In this document: piece by piece, positions 9,742-20,123 of the stretch
Numbering within the stretch: the first letter of the stretch is position 1
Layout: the number at the start of each line of letters is the position of its first letter
Origin: Deltaproteobacteria bacterium
Lineage (GTDB): Bacteria; Myxococcota; Kuafuiibacteriia; Kuafuiibacteriales; Kuafuiibacteriaceae
NCBI GenBank assembly: GCA_040218735.1
Contig: JAVJQW010000008.1
Coordinates: 384,001-448,000 of the forward strand
Length of the DNA: 64,000 bases
Direction of reading: 5' to 3'
The notes under the pieces: generated by a model
Told to the model about the DNA's origin: nothing
Databases searched by the model: none
Seen by the model: the letters and a program-made list of their open reading frames with translations, nothing else
Translations under genes and position numbers: made by a program

Positions 9742-11151
9742 TCAGGCGCGGCGACGCATGGCGGCGACGTAGAACCCATCGGGTCCGTCCGCCTTGGGTC
9801 CGGGGCCGATGCGTGCCTCGTGGGACGCGCCGAGCCGCGACGCAATGTCGTCCCCGAGCGTCGTCGCCAGCGGGAGGGCCTCGAGGCGCCGGTCGTGGTC
9901 GAGCGCGTGGCGGACGACGTCTTCGTTCTCTTCGCGCAGCACCGAACACGTCGCGTAGACGAGCACGCCGCCGACCTTCATCGTCGCCGCGGCGGAGGTG
10001 AGGAGGTGCTTCTGCCGCGCGATCTCCTTCGTGACGTCCTCGGGTTTCAGCCGCCACTTCAGGTCCGGGTGACGACGGAACGTGCCGGTGCCGGTGCACG
10101 GCGCGTCGACCAGGACGCGGTCGTACTTCGCCTTCTCGTCGAGCGTCTCCAGCTCACCCTTCTTTGCCGAGATCCGCGCGTCGGCGCGCTCGCGGCGCAG
10201 CTCCAGGGCCTTGAGCTTCTTGCTGTCGGGATCCATCGCGACCACGCGCGCGTCCGCCATCGCCGCGATGGCCAGCGCCTTGCCGCCGGCGCCCGCGCAG
10301 GCGTCGAGCACGACGTCACCGTCCCGAACCCCCAGCGCCAGCGCGATGAGTTGGCTACCTTCGTCCTGCAACTCGACTTGCCCCTCGCGGTAGGGCGCCC
10401 AGTTGTACAGGTCCACGCGACCGCTGAGGATGATCCCGTCCGGCGCCAGCGGCGTCGGCTTGGCCTCCACGTCGAAGTCCTCGCGGAGCCGCGCGAGCAC
10501 CGTGTCTCGATCCGTCGCGCGCCGGTTCACCCGCAGCGTCACTGGCGCCCGCGCCGCGAGGCCTTCGGCGATGAGCTCCGCGCGGTCCTCCCCGAACGCA
10601 TCCACCAACATCGTCGCGACGAAGCTCGGCAGCGAACGCTCCGTCGCGATGCGCTCCACACCCGTCAGCTTCGATGGCGAAACACGCCCCTTCACGATCC
10701 GCGGCAACACACCCGGCAACCGCTTCGACGCGTACCGATCGAGCGCCGCCAGCTCCGCTTCGGTGGCGCCGTGCTCCGCGAGGTACGTGAGCACGCGCAG
10801 CCGGTTGAGGATCGGCGGGTCGACCAGATCCAACGAGCGCCGTTCGCCCTTCGCCGCGCGCTTCAGGACGTCGTCGATCCGCCGCCGCTCGCGCAACACG
10901 CCGTACACCACGTCGCCGACGTGGTGCCGCTCGTTCGAACCCAGATCCCGCGCCGACTTGAACACCTCGGACAGCGCCCTGTCGCCCGGTGCCCCGCCAT
11001 CGATGCGCGAGAGCGCGTCGATGATCCGGTCGTGCACGCGCCCGAGGCGTTTGTCGATCGCGCCGCGAGGCTGTGCGTCCGGGCCGACCTTGCCCTTCGG
11101 CCCGAGGTGCTCCTCGGGCGGCGGCTCCTTGGGCTTCCTCGAACGCGCCAC
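9742..11151 (-). CDS. rsmB: RsmB/NOL1/NOP2/Sun family RNA m5C methyltransferase
   Basis: 'QDEGSQ', 'LDACAGAGGK', 'VLVDAPCTGTG..RRHPD' and 'VYATCS....ENE' are all present, including both catalytic Cys. Confidence 0.85.
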   Translation of the reverse strand: MARSRKPKEPPPEEHLGPKGKVGPDAQPRGAIDKRLGRVHDRIIDALSRIDGGAPGDRALSEVFKSARDLGSNERHHVGDVVYGVLRERRRIDDVLKRAAKGERRSLDLVDPPILNRLRVLTYLAEHGATEAELAALDRYASKRLPGVLPRIVKGRVSPSKLTGVERIATERSLPSFVATMLVDAFGEDRAELIAEGLAARAPVTLRVNRRATDRDTVLARLREDFDVEAKPTPLAPDGIILSGRVDLYNWAPYREGQVELQDEGSQLIALALGVRDGDVVLDACAGAGGKALAIAAMADARVVAMDPDSKKLKALELRRERADARISAKKGELETLDEKAKYDRVLVDAPCTGTGTFRRHPDLKWRLKPEDVTKEIARQKHLLTSAAATMKVGGVLVYATCSVLREENEDVVRHALDHDRRLEALPLATTLGDDIASRLGASHEARIGPGPKADGPDGFYVAAMRRRA

Positions 11152-11154
11152 GGC

Positions 11155-12144
11155 TCACCTTCGGCGGAAGAGTCCGCGCTTCTCCAGGTCGACCACCGTC
11201 GCTTCGATCGTCTGCTGCGGATCCCGCGCCACGAAGCCCAGCTCACGCTCCGCGCGCGAGGCATCGCAGCCCCAGTGGTAGCCGCTCATCTCCACGCTCA
11301 CGGCGTCGACCGGCGGCACGCCGTCGAAGGCGCCGTACACACCTTCCATGAGCTTTGCACCGGCGAGCGCCCACTTCGACTTCAGCTTCAACGACGGCGG
11401 CGACACTCCGCCGCAATGCGCGATGCGCTCCATGAAGCTGCGCACGCTCATGTTCGCTCCATTGAGTAGATAGCGCTGCCCACGTTTGCCGTCGGTCAGC
11501 GCGCGCAGGAACGAGGGCGCGCAGTCCCGAACATCGACGAACGCGATCGTCCCGTCCGTGATCGCCGGGACACGTTTGTTGAGGATGTTCAGCACGTCGG
11601 TAGTCGACGAGAGCCGCTCGTCGCCCGGCCCGAGCAGGAGCGACGGGTTGAGGATGACCGCGTCGATCTCCTCCTTCGCGTTTCGGCGCAGGACCTCTTC
11701 CTCCTGCAGGTGCTTCGACGTGTAGTAGGGCCACCGTCCGATCACCTCGAACTTCGGCGCGTCGTCTTCCGTGGCCGGGCGCCCCTTCTCCTCGCTCACC
11801 GCGATCGTCCCGGACGTCGATGACAACACAAACCGCCGCACACCGACGTCGCGCGCGGCGTCGAGCAACATCCGCGTCGCCTCGACGTGGATCCAGTGCA
11901 TGTCGGCCGAGTCCTCGGGCCGCCGCGACACCTTCCCTGCGAGGTGCATGATCGCGTCCATCCCGTGGAGCATCTCGCGCAGGCGCCCGCCCTCGTCGAA
12001 TCCGACTTCGACCTTCTCCACGGCCTCCGGCAGCCGCGCGTGTTTGTTGCGGACGAGCGCGCGCAGCTCGTGGCCGGCGCCGATGAGCTCGTCGACCACG
12101 GCCTTCCCCAGGAAGCCGGTCGCTCCGGTGATGAAGATTTTCAT
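11155..12144 (-). CDS. NAD-dependent epimerase/dehydratase (extended SDR), ElbE-like
   Basis: TGATGFLG Rossmann motif and YYTSK catalytic YxxxK. It lies immediately downstream of the ElbD-type gene, as recalled for the M. xanthus elb cluster. Confidence 0.85.
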   Translation of the reverse strand: MKIFITGATGFLGKAVVDELIGAGHELRALVRNKHARLPEAVEKVEVGFDEGGRLREMLHGMDAIMHLAGKVSRRPEDSADMHWIHVEATRMLLDAARDVGVRRFVLSSTSGTIAVSEEKGRPATEDDAPKFEVIGRWPYYTSKHLQEEEVLRRNAKEEIDAVILNPSLLLGPGDERLSSTTDVLNILNKRVPAITDGTIAFVDVRDCAPSFLRALTDGKRGQRYLLNGANMSVRSFMERIAHCGGVSPPSLKLKSKWALAGAKLMEGVYGAFDGVPPVDAVSVEMSGYHWGCDASRAERELGFVARDPQQTIEATVVDLEKRGLFRRR

Positions 12145-12152
12145 GTCAGTCC

Positions 12153-15100
12153 TCAGTCGGTCTCGGTCGTCGTCTCACGCCGCACGACCTTCGCGCGCCG
12201 TACACGGCGCGGCTCCGCGGGCTCCGGCGGCTCGAGGTTGCCGAGCTTGCGCACGATCTGCTCCGCGCGGAACGCGATGTGACGGTAGGCCTCGGACTTC
12301 GACATGCCCGCCGTCTCCTTCGCCATCACTTCGTGTTTCAGCGGCTCGCCGATCTTCACCCACAGGTCGCGCGCCTTCGGGATCGCGCTCCCCACCGGCA
12401 GCGCGTCGTGTGTGCCGCCGAGGAACATGGGCAGGATGTCGACCTTCTCGACGAGGCACAGGTGACCCATCGCGGGTTTGAAGCCGATCATCTCACCGTC
12501 ACGCGCACGCGTGCCCTCCGGGAAGATCAGCAGCGACTCCCCGCCCTTCAGCGCCTCACTCGCCATCCGCAGTGACTTCTTCAGCGACCCGTGTCGATCC
12601 ATCGGCAGCAGGTTCGTGAAGTTCTCGAAGTACGTGCGCCGGTAGGGGTCGTCGAAGAAATAATCCTTCGCCGCGAGCGTCCGCAGGTCACGCCCGAAGT
12701 CACCCAGCGCGTACTTCACCAAACCCATGTCGAGGTGACTCGCGTGGTTCGACGCGACGATGAAGTTTCGGTTCGCCGGGATGTTCCCGCGGCCCTCGAC
12801 GTCGACGTCGAGCAGCTGGTCGTAACCGAACTTCTGCGCTGCGCCGAGGAGCGCCTTACCGAGCGTCGCGAGCGGCTTCGGTACCTGAACCGGCCGCTCC
12901 TCCTCCTGGTTGCCGACGACTTCCGCGCGCTCGTTGTTGTCGGCGCTCTTGTCGCGCGCCGCGAGGCGAACGACGTCCTGCACCGTCTCGACCGTCGACA
13001 TCTCGTCCTGCGTGATCTTCGCGCGCGGGAACTCCGCCTCGATCGCGGTGAACAGCTCCAGCTGCATCAGCGAATCGAACCCGAGCCCGTCCGCGAGGGA
13101 GGTCGCCGTCGACACTTCCTCGACCTTGCGCTGCGCGATCGACGCGATCGTCCGCCGCACCCACATGCGCGTCTGCTGCTCCGGCGTCTGCGTTCGGGTG
13201 TCTTCGTTGGCGCTTGCCTTGCGCCCCGCTTCGACCGCGCTCTCCAGCCGGATGATCTCCTCGCGGACGATCGGGCGCTTCACCTTGCGCGTCGAGGTGC
13301 GCGGAAGCTCCCCCTCCCACAGGTGCATGATCTTCACGCGGCGCGCGAACGGTAGCTTCGAGCCGACTTCACGGAAGTGCGTACGAATCTTCTCGCGCAC
13401 CTCGTCCGGCGACCAGCCATTCTCCTTGGCCTCGTCGCACTCGTAGTCCGGCACCACCAGCGCCGCGACGCGCTCACCCGTACCGACGTCCGCCGGCACA
13501 CCGACCACGGACATCTCCTTCACGAGGTTCGAGTCCGCGTAGATCTCCTCGATCTCGTCCGGGTAGACGTTCTTCCCGCCGGTATCGATGATGACGTCCT
13601 TCTCGCGCCCGACGATGAAGAGGCGCCCCTCCTCGTCGAGCCGGCCGCGGTCACCGGTGTGCAGCCAGCCGCCCTGGATCGCGTTCTTCGTGGCGTCCTC
13701 GTCGTCGAGGTAGCCGGACATGATCGTCGGCCCGCGCGCGATGACTTCGCCCACGCCGTTGTCGTCCGGATCCGCGATGCGAACCTCGAGCCCCGGCAGC
13801 GGCCAACCCACGCTCCCCGGCGGTGACTTCATCCGAGGCCAACCCACGGTGATGACCGGCGAGGCCTCGGTCATGCCGTAACCTTCGTAGACCGAAAAAC
13901 CCATCCCGCGCAGGTCCTTGAAGATGACCGGCTTGAGCGGCGCGGCGCCGCTGACGATGTAACGCATGCGCCCGCCGAGCGCGTCGTGCATCGGCCGGAA
14001 CACCCAGCGCCCGGGGTTGAAGCCGGTCTTGTCGCGGAGCCAGCGGTTGAGGCGCATCAGCGACTTGATCGTCAGCTCGACGACCTTGCCCTGGTCCTCC
14101 AACCCACGCACCAACTTACGGTGCAGCGACTCCCAGACCGCCGGCACGCCGATCATCGCGGTGACCGGCGTCTCGTCGAACGCGCGCGAGATGAGGTCCG
14201 GCGTACGCTCCTCGAGGTAGGTGATCGAAGAACCGCTCGCGAGCGGCATGAGGAGCCCCGCCGAGAACTCGAACGTGTGGTGCGGCGGGAGCACGGACAA
14301 GAGTGAGTCCGTGCGGTTCAGCTCGAAGAGCGTCGCCATGCGCGCGGTCAGCGCCGTGAAGTTGCGGTCGGTGAGGACCACCCCCTTCGGGCGCCCCGTC
14401 GTGCCCGACGTGAAGATGAGCGAAGCGACGTCCTCGGGTTTGCGCTTCGCGATCTTCACCGAGTCCGGATCGATCGAGTCGGCGTTCGCGAACACCTCGT
14501 CGAAGGTGAATCGCGGACACGGGAACAGCTCGCTGGTGCCGTTCGACGCGCCGTTGGTGGGTTCGTCGGCGAGTTTCTTCGCCTGTTTCTCGGAGACGAT
14601 CGCGAACTTCGCCTGCGCGGCGCGCGCGATGTTGGCGATCTCCTTCTTCGACAGCTCGACGTCGACCGGTATCGCCGTCGCCCCCGCGAGCACGATGCCG
14701 AAGTAACTCATCCCCCACTCGGGCCGGCCTTCGGACGCGATCATCACGCGGTCGCCCTTGCCGATACCCTGCTTCTGCAGGAACGCCGTGACGGCGCGCG
14801 CGGCGAGGTCGATGTCGCGGTACGTGAAGCTGTCGGCGACGTCGTCCTTGCGCAGGATGCGGAACGCCACGCGCCGCCCGTGCTCCGCGGTGCGTGTGCT
14901 GAACAGCTCGGCGAGGTCGCGGTAGTCGCGCGGGATCGCCATCCGCTTCGGGCCGGTGCCGGAGTCGAGCTTCGGGAAGACGAACTTCTCGAGGCCGGGG
15001 ATGTGGACGTCGAGCCAGTAGTGGCGCCAGTCCATCTCCTCGATCCCGTAGGGGAGGAGCGCGCGATCGGCTTCGTTCATACGCGCGAAGAGCGAGCGCG

Positions 15101-16619
15101 TCTGGTTCGTCCGGAAGACGTACTTGTTCTCCCAGATGAACGGCATGAACAGGTCGAAGACGTCGATGAGTTTGTCGATGTCGCTCTCGACCTCGCGCGT
15201 CTTCTTGCGCGCGCGGTTCACGAGCCCGCCGAGCGGGCCGTAGCGCTCGGGTTCCATCTCGTCGAGGACGCGGTTGGCGCGCCCGACGATCTTCTTGAGC
15301 GTCGGTGGCCCGAACGTCTCGTACGCCTTGCGGCTGCGCGGGATCGGATGCTGGCGCTCCTCGTACCGCGCACGAGCCCAGGACATGTTGCCCTCGGCCT
15401 CCTGCTGCTTCACCCACCGGCGCTTGTACAGACCGACGAGCGTGACCGTGCGCGCCATACTCACCGGGTTCACGTCGCCGGCGGCGACCTGGTAGGCCTT
15501 GCCGGTCTCACCCTCGATCAGCGCGGCGGCCGCGGCGATGATCGCGGACGCGACGGCGTCGACGGGGACGACGTCGAGGATCAGATCGTTCGGACCCGGG
15601 TAGAAGATCTGCCCGTGGATCCCGAGGTACGCGAGGGGCGCCGACGTGTTCATGCCCTCGTTCCAGCCGGGGAACGGGTACGTCGCGGCGGACTCCACGA
15701 TCGCGGGGCGGACGATGCACCAGTCCAGGCCCTTCTGGCTCGCGACGGCCTGCTCACCGAGCGCCTTCGTGAACGTGTAGATGTTCGGCCAGCCCCAGTG
15801 CTGCGCGCGCTCGATGCCCGCGCGGATCTGCTCCTCGGCGGACCAGCGGCGGCGCTGGTTCGTGATGGCGGCGCGGACCGTGCGCTCGTGGGCGTCGCGG
15901 CCTTCGCGCTTGAGGCGGTCGAGCGCCTCCTTGCGGAAGCGGGCGGCGAGGGCGGCGTCGGTCGTGCGCTCCTTGATCTGCGCGATGGTGCGTTCGAGGT
16001 CTTTGACCTCGCGCTCCCAGTCGAACTTCACGCCGTCGAAGTCTTCCTTGAAGGGGAAGTAGCCCACGATCGGCGTGTCCTCGCGGACGCGCCCGGGCTT
16101 CTGGCCGACGACGAAGCAGGTCGAGACGTGGACCAGGCGCGCGCGTTCGAAGGTGGCGACCAGCTCCGCGACCTTCTTGGCGCCGACCGCGTTGGCCTCG
16201 ACGGCGGAGTCGAGCGGCGGGTTGAAGTTGACGAGGCCGGCGGAGTTGATGACGACGTCGACGTTCTTCCGCAGGTGCTCCAGGGTCTCGTCGTCGAACC
16301 CGAGGTTCTCCTTGGCAAGGTCACCGTCGACCGGGACGACCTGCTCGCGCACGAAGGCGTCGAACGTGTCCCCGAACCGCTCCCGGATCGGGTCCATCAT
16401 CTCGGAGGTGAGCACCTCGCCGAAGAAGCGATCCGACGGCGTCTTGGACCGCGTGGCGCGGATCGCGCAGTAGATCTTCCCGACCGAGAAACGCTCGAGG
16501 AGCATCCCGAGGATGACCTTCGCGAGGAAGCCGGTCGTCCCCAGGATGAGGAGGTTCTTCCCCGCGAGCGTCTCCAGCGGCGACAGCGGGGGCAGGTCCT
16601 GCAGGTTCAAGTCGTCCAT
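12153..16619 (-). CDS. elbD: ElbD-type multifunctional ether-lipid biosynthesis enzyme (fatty acyl reductase, acyl-CoA synthetase, ACP, acyltransferase)
   Basis: 1488 aa. FAR domain (GTTGFLAK, YTFTK), AMP-binding domain (FTSGTTGRPKG, EGYGMTE, TGD), carrier domain (GFDSL) and PlsC acyltransferase (NHASHLD, FPEGTR). The domain order matches M. xanthus ElbD. Confidence 0.88.
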   Translation of the reverse strand: MDDLNLQDLPPLSPLETLAGKNLLILGTTGFLAKVILGMLLERFSVGKIYCAIRATRSKTPSDRFFGEVLTSEMMDPIRERFGDTFDAFVREQVVPVDGDLAKENLGFDDETLEHLRKNVDVVINSAGLVNFNPPLDSAVEANAVGAKKVAELVATFERARLVHVSTCFVVGQKPGRVREDTPIVGYFPFKEDFDGVKFDWEREVKDLERTIAQIKERTTDAALAARFRKEALDRLKREGRDAHERTVRAAITNQRRRWSAEEQIRAGIERAQHWGWPNIYTFTKALGEQAVASQKGLDWCIVRPAIVESAATYPFPGWNEGMNTSAPLAYLGIHGQIFYPGPNDLILDVVPVDAVASAIIAAAAALIEGETGKAYQVAAGDVNPVSMARTVTLVGLYKRRWVKQQEAEGNMSWARARYEERQHPIPRSRKAYETFGPPTLKKIVGRANRVLDEMEPERYGPLGGLVNRARKKTREVESDIDKLIDVFDLFMPFIWENKYVFRTNQTRSLFARMNEADRALLPYGIEEMDWRHYWLDVHIPGLEKFVFPKLDSGTGPKRMAIPRDYRDLAELFSTRTAEHGRRVAFRILRKDDVADSFTYRDIDLAARAVTAFLQKQGIGKGDRVMIASEGRPEWGMSYFGIVLAGATAIPVDVELSKKEIANIARAAQAKFAIVSEKQAKKLADEPTNGASNGTSELFPCPRFTFDEVFANADSIDPDSVKIAKRKPEDVASLIFTSGTTGRPKGVVLTDRNFTALTARMATLFELNRTDSLLSVLPPHHTFEFSAGLLMPLASGSSITYLEERTPDLISRAFDETPVTAMIGVPAVWESLHRKLVRGLEDQGKVVELTIKSLMRLNRWLRDKTGFNPGRWVFRPMHDALGGRMRYIVSGAAPLKPVIFKDLRGMGFSVYEGYGMTEASPVITVGWPRMKSPPGSVGWPLPGLEVRIADPDDNGVGEVIARGPTIMSGYLDDEDATKNAIQGGWLHTGDRGRLDEEGRLFIVGREKDVIIDTGGKNVYPDEIEEIYADSNLVKEMSVVGVPADVGTGERVAALVVPDYECDEAKENGWSPDEVREKIRTHFREVGSKLPFARRVKIMHLWEGELPRTSTRKVKRPIVREEIIRLESAVEAGRKASANEDTRTQTPEQQTRMWVRRTIASIAQRKVEEVSTATSLADGLGFDSLMQLELFTAIEAEFPRAKITQDEMSTVETVQDVVRLAARDKSADNNERAEVVGNQEEERPVQVPKPLATLGKALLGAAQKFGYDQLLDVDVEGRGNIPANRNFIVASNHASHLDMGLVKYALGDFGRDLRTLAAKDYFFDDPYRRTYFENFTNLLPMDRHGSLKKSLRMASEALKGGESLLIFPEGTRARDGEMIGFKPAMGHLCLVEKVDILPMFLGGTHDALPVGSAIPKARDLWVKIGEPLKHEVMAKETAGMSKSEAYRHIAFRAEQIVRKLGNLEPPEPAEPRRVRRAKVVRRETTTETD

Positions 16620-16889
16620 CGGCCTTGGAATTCAAGGCTCTTAGCAGACGTCACCGCGCCTGTCTTTCGAAGAAAAGCGCGGTGATTCCCGGAGGATGCC
16701 CTCTGTCGAGGTCAGCCGTGGTCGTGGTTGACCCCACGATCTGATCGTCGCCCGCGCCGTCGGGGGTGGGGGGAGCGCCTCGGTTTCGGCGCGGCGTGCT
16801 CTGGACCTTCGCGAGGCGATCGCGCGTTTCGATACGTGGGCGCTGTCGAACGCATCGGCACAATCAGCGCACATTCACGGTGCGTAGCT

Positions 16890-19800
16890 TCAGTCCGGCG
16901 GTAGGAACGTGCGGGGGATGAAGCTCGCCGGGACCGTCGTAGGGATGCGCACGATCGGCTCCGCGTCCGGGAGCCAAAGCGCGGGCGCGAAGCCATGGAG
17001 CGCGAGTGCAGCGAAGCCGTGGTCGAAGAGGTAGACGCCCGTCGTCGGGAACAAGGTCGCGGTGACTTGGGCGTACCCGCCGGCTCCGTCCGCTTCGAAG
17101 AGTCTCGAGCTTGACGAGCTCACCACGATGAATCGGTCTCCGCTGGGTGCCCACCGAAACGCCCCGGGTAGGACGGGGCCCCAGTGCGCCGCAACGGCGG
17201 TCCAGGGGGTTGCGGCTTGGGTGTCGACGACCCAGATGTCCGAGCCGGCAACGGTATTCGACGTTCGAAATACGACGCGGCGACCCGCCGGTCCGAAGCG
17301 CGCCGTGCCGAGGGCCGCGGCGCCGGTCGAGACGGTCGGCGACAGCGGCGTGGTGACCACGCCGGAGCTCACGTCGACGTGGTACAGCTCGCGGGGGGCC
17401 TGCAGCGTGTAGTAGAGCAGGGCGTCCGACGCCGGGGCCCAGTCCACCAACTGAGTCGAAACGTTCGCCGCGTTCGTCGTGAGGGCGATCGGCGCGAAGG
17501 GCGGCCCCGCAGCCACGTCGATCAGGAAGAGGTCGCGGATGCCTGGACCGACGGTGTCGGCTTGAAAGACGACTTTGCTCCCGTCGGGCGACGGATACGC
17601 CGCGAGGTGCGTCTCCGACCCGTCGCGGAGCGTCGGCACGAGCGCGACCGGTACGGCGTTCGGTGTGTCGACGTCGAGCGCGAACCACTCGCGCCGCGAC
17701 CCGCGAAGGTAGGCGGTGAAGAGGAGGGTGTCGTCGTCCTCGCTCCAGACGAGCTCGTTGAACGCGGGCTGCAGCGGTGTGGCGACGATGCGCGAGGTGG
17801 CGCTCGACGTGTAAACGTCCGAGATTCGGATTTCGAACGTGTTGGGGACCTGCTCGTAGAACGCGAGGTGGTTGCCATCGTGGGACCAAACGAAGTTGCC
17901 GGCCGAGGCGCTCATCCCGTTGTGCTCGACCGCATTGGTGATGAGCGTCGGCGTTGCGGGGTTGGAAGTGTCGACCAAGAGGATGACGTTGGTGCTCGTC
18001 GGGCCGGCGGTACCGACGTGCGCCGCCAGACGACGTCCGTCGGCCGTCCATTTGATTCGAAGCGCGCGATCGATGGGGATGAGGAGGTCGCCGTACGTCG
18101 CCGTGGAGCCGCGGAGATCTGCTACGCGAAGCCTGGTGATGCCGGCCTCTTCGACGAAGAACGCCGCACGATCACCGGCCGGCCCGAACACGACCGAGTC
18201 CGACAGGAGGCCTTCGTTCCCGGCGCTCGCTACGTCGAGCGGTGTCGCGTCGAACGTGCAAAGGTCCACGGCGAGCGCGCGCGTCTGCGCATTGAACGTA
18301 CCGTCGTCCCCGACGACGATTCCGTGTCGGTGGCTCCCGACGCGACTCGTTACGGTGACGGTGAACGGCCTCTCCACGATCTGCACCGCACCGTCGCGCA
18401 GGCGGACCGTAAAGCTGAACGTGCCCGTGCTCGTCGGGACCCCGTGAATCACGCCTGCGTCTCGGCCCGCGCCAGAGATGGTGAGTCCGGGCGGGAGCGC
18501 GCCTGCGGTGATGGTCCAGAACTGGTTGGGGGTCGCCGTCTTCGTCGCGGTGAGCGTGCCGAGGTAGTCGCTGCACGCGACGGCGGATGGAATCGTCGGT
18601 TCGACGATGTCGACGTCGAAGGGGCCGCGGATCACCTCCAACTCCAGCGTGGCGCTCACGCGACGCTGAAAATGATCGGAGACCTCGATGTCGAAGGCGT
18701 GGACGCCCAGCTCCGTCGGCGTGCCGGATATCTCCGCGACCCGGGCATTCGTAGGCCCGAAGAACAGGCCTGCCGGGAGCGCGCCCGTCACCCGCCACGT
18801 CAACGGCGTGACACCTCCGACGATGGTGACGGTGGACGTCGATGCGACGTCCTTCGCCATCGACACGAGGCGTGTCGCCTCGAAGCTCGGGTGCGGCGTG
18901 TCGAGGACGTCGACCAAGAACGTCACGGGGCCGTCGGTTCGTCCGTAGCGGTCGACGACGCTCACGCGGAGTGGGAAGCGGCCGCCCTCGGTCGGGGCGC
19001 CGGACAGTCTGAAGCTCGATCCGTTACCCGGGTTGGCGGTGAGTCCGGGCGGGAGCACGTCGACCGTCCAGGTGTACGGCCCGAGTCCGGCGGTGCAGCC
19101 AATCGACTGGGTATAGCTGATGCCGACGTGGGCCTGGACCAGGTTGATTCGGGCGATCGAGAGCGGCGGTGGTCCCCCGATGACGATTCGAAGGGACCCG
19201 CGGACCGAAGCTCCGACCGCGTCGGTCAGCTCCAGGATCAAGTCGTACGTCCCGCTGGAGGTGGGTGTGCCGCGGATCGACGCGCGTGCGGCGCCGTTTT
19301 GCTCGATGCGGAGCCCGGGCGGGAGCTCCGAGTCCACGAGCGTCCATTGGTAGGGCGGCTCACCGCCGACGCCGTCCAAGATGGCTTCGTACGGTTGATC
19401 GACATTGCCCATCGGGGCGCCCGGAGTCCGTAGCTCGAGCGCGGGTGCCGTCGACGTAACGCGAAGGTCGAGCTGCGATTCGAAGGAGCGACCGCGGGCG
19501 TCCTCCACCCGGAGCACGAACGTCGACGTGCCGACCGTCGATGGCGTGCCCTCGATCGTCGCGGTGGCGTCCGCGCCCCGTAGCTCGAGGCCCAGCGGAA
19601 GCTCGCCGGACGTGACGCTCCAGGTTCGGGGGGGCGTTCCGCCCTCCGCGGAGACGACGCCTTCGTAGGCTTCCCGGACGACGCCGCCCGCGAGGGTCGT
19701 CGTCACGATCGAGAGCGTCCCAACGACGGTAAGCGAGAGCTCCGCGTTCGCGACGGAGCCTCCGGGCCCGACCGCCGTGACCGCGACGGAGAATGCACCG

Positions 19801-20057
19801 GCCTCGGTCGGCGTTCCGGAGATCACGACCGCGGAAGCACCCGTTGCGCCGAGCCCCGGTGGAAGGCCACGTACGTCCCACGAAGAAGCCGTGAATCCTT
19901 CGACTTCGATCGTCGCTTCGTACGGCTCGCCTTGCTCGGCGCTCGGGAGCGTATCCGTGGTGATTCGACCGTTGACCGGCGGCGGTGAGGTGTCGCCGCC
20001 GGAGCATGCGCTGAGCAACAGAGGTAACAAACTTACGTAGGCTGCGCACCGGGCCAT
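16890..20057 (-). CDS. lipoprotein with six putative Ig (He_PIG-type) domains and a TolB-like beta-propeller
   Basis: LLSA-C lipobox, six 'LP.GL....I.G.P...G.F.F.V' repeats, and C-terminal 'WS.DG/PSPDG/WAP' propeller blades. Confidence 0.85.
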   Translation of the reverse strand: MARCAAYVSLLPLLLSACSGGDTSPPPVNGRITTDTLPSAEQGEPYEATIEVEGFTASSWDVRGLPPGLGATGASAVVISGTPTEAGAFSVAVTAVGPGGSVANAELSLTVVGTLSIVTTTLAGGVVREAYEGVVSAEGGTPPRTWSVTSGELPLGLELRGADATATIEGTPSTVGTSTFVLRVEDARGRSFESQLDLRVTSTAPALELRTPGAPMGNVDQPYEAILDGVGGEPPYQWTLVDSELPPGLRIEQNGAARASIRGTPTSSGTYDLILELTDAVGASVRGSLRIVIGGPPPLSIARINLVQAHVGISYTQSIGCTAGLGPYTWTVDVLPPGLTANPGNGSSFRLSGAPTEGGRFPLRVSVVDRYGRTDGPVTFLVDVLDTPHPSFEATRLVSMAKDVASTSTVTIVGGVTPLTWRVTGALPAGLFFGPTNARVAEISGTPTELGVHAFDIEVSDHFQRRVSATLELEVIRGPFDVDIVEPTIPSAVACSDYLGTLTATKTATPNQFWTITAGALPPGLTISGAGRDAGVIHGVPTSTGTFSFTVRLRDGAVQIVERPFTVTVTSRVGSHRHGIVVGDDGTFNAQTRALAVDLCTFDATPLDVASAGNEGLLSDSVVFGPAGDRAAFFVEEAGITRLRVADLRGSTATYGDLLIPIDRALRIKWTADGRRLAAHVGTAGPTSTNVILLVDTSNPATPTLITNAVEHNGMSASAGNFVWSHDGNHLAFYEQVPNTFEIRISDVYTSSATSRIVATPLQPAFNELVWSEDDDTLLFTAYLRGSRREWFALDVDTPNAVPVALVPTLRDGSETHLAAYPSPDGSKVVFQADTVGPGIRDLFLIDVAAGPPFAPIALTTNAANVSTQLVDWAPASDALLYYTLQAPRELYHVDVSSGVVTTPLSPTVSTGAAALGTARFGPAGRRVVFRTSNTVAGSDIWVVDTQAATPWTAVAAHWGPVLPGAFRWAPSGDRFIVVSSSSSRLFEADGAGGYAQVTATLFPTTGVYLFDHGFAALALHGFAPALWLPDAEPIVRIPTTVPASFIPRTFLPPD

Positions 20058-20123
20058 CGAGGCACTATCGAGGACGCGCCTCGCAGAGACAACTGTCTGC
20101 GCGATCAGAGCATCGACGAAAGG

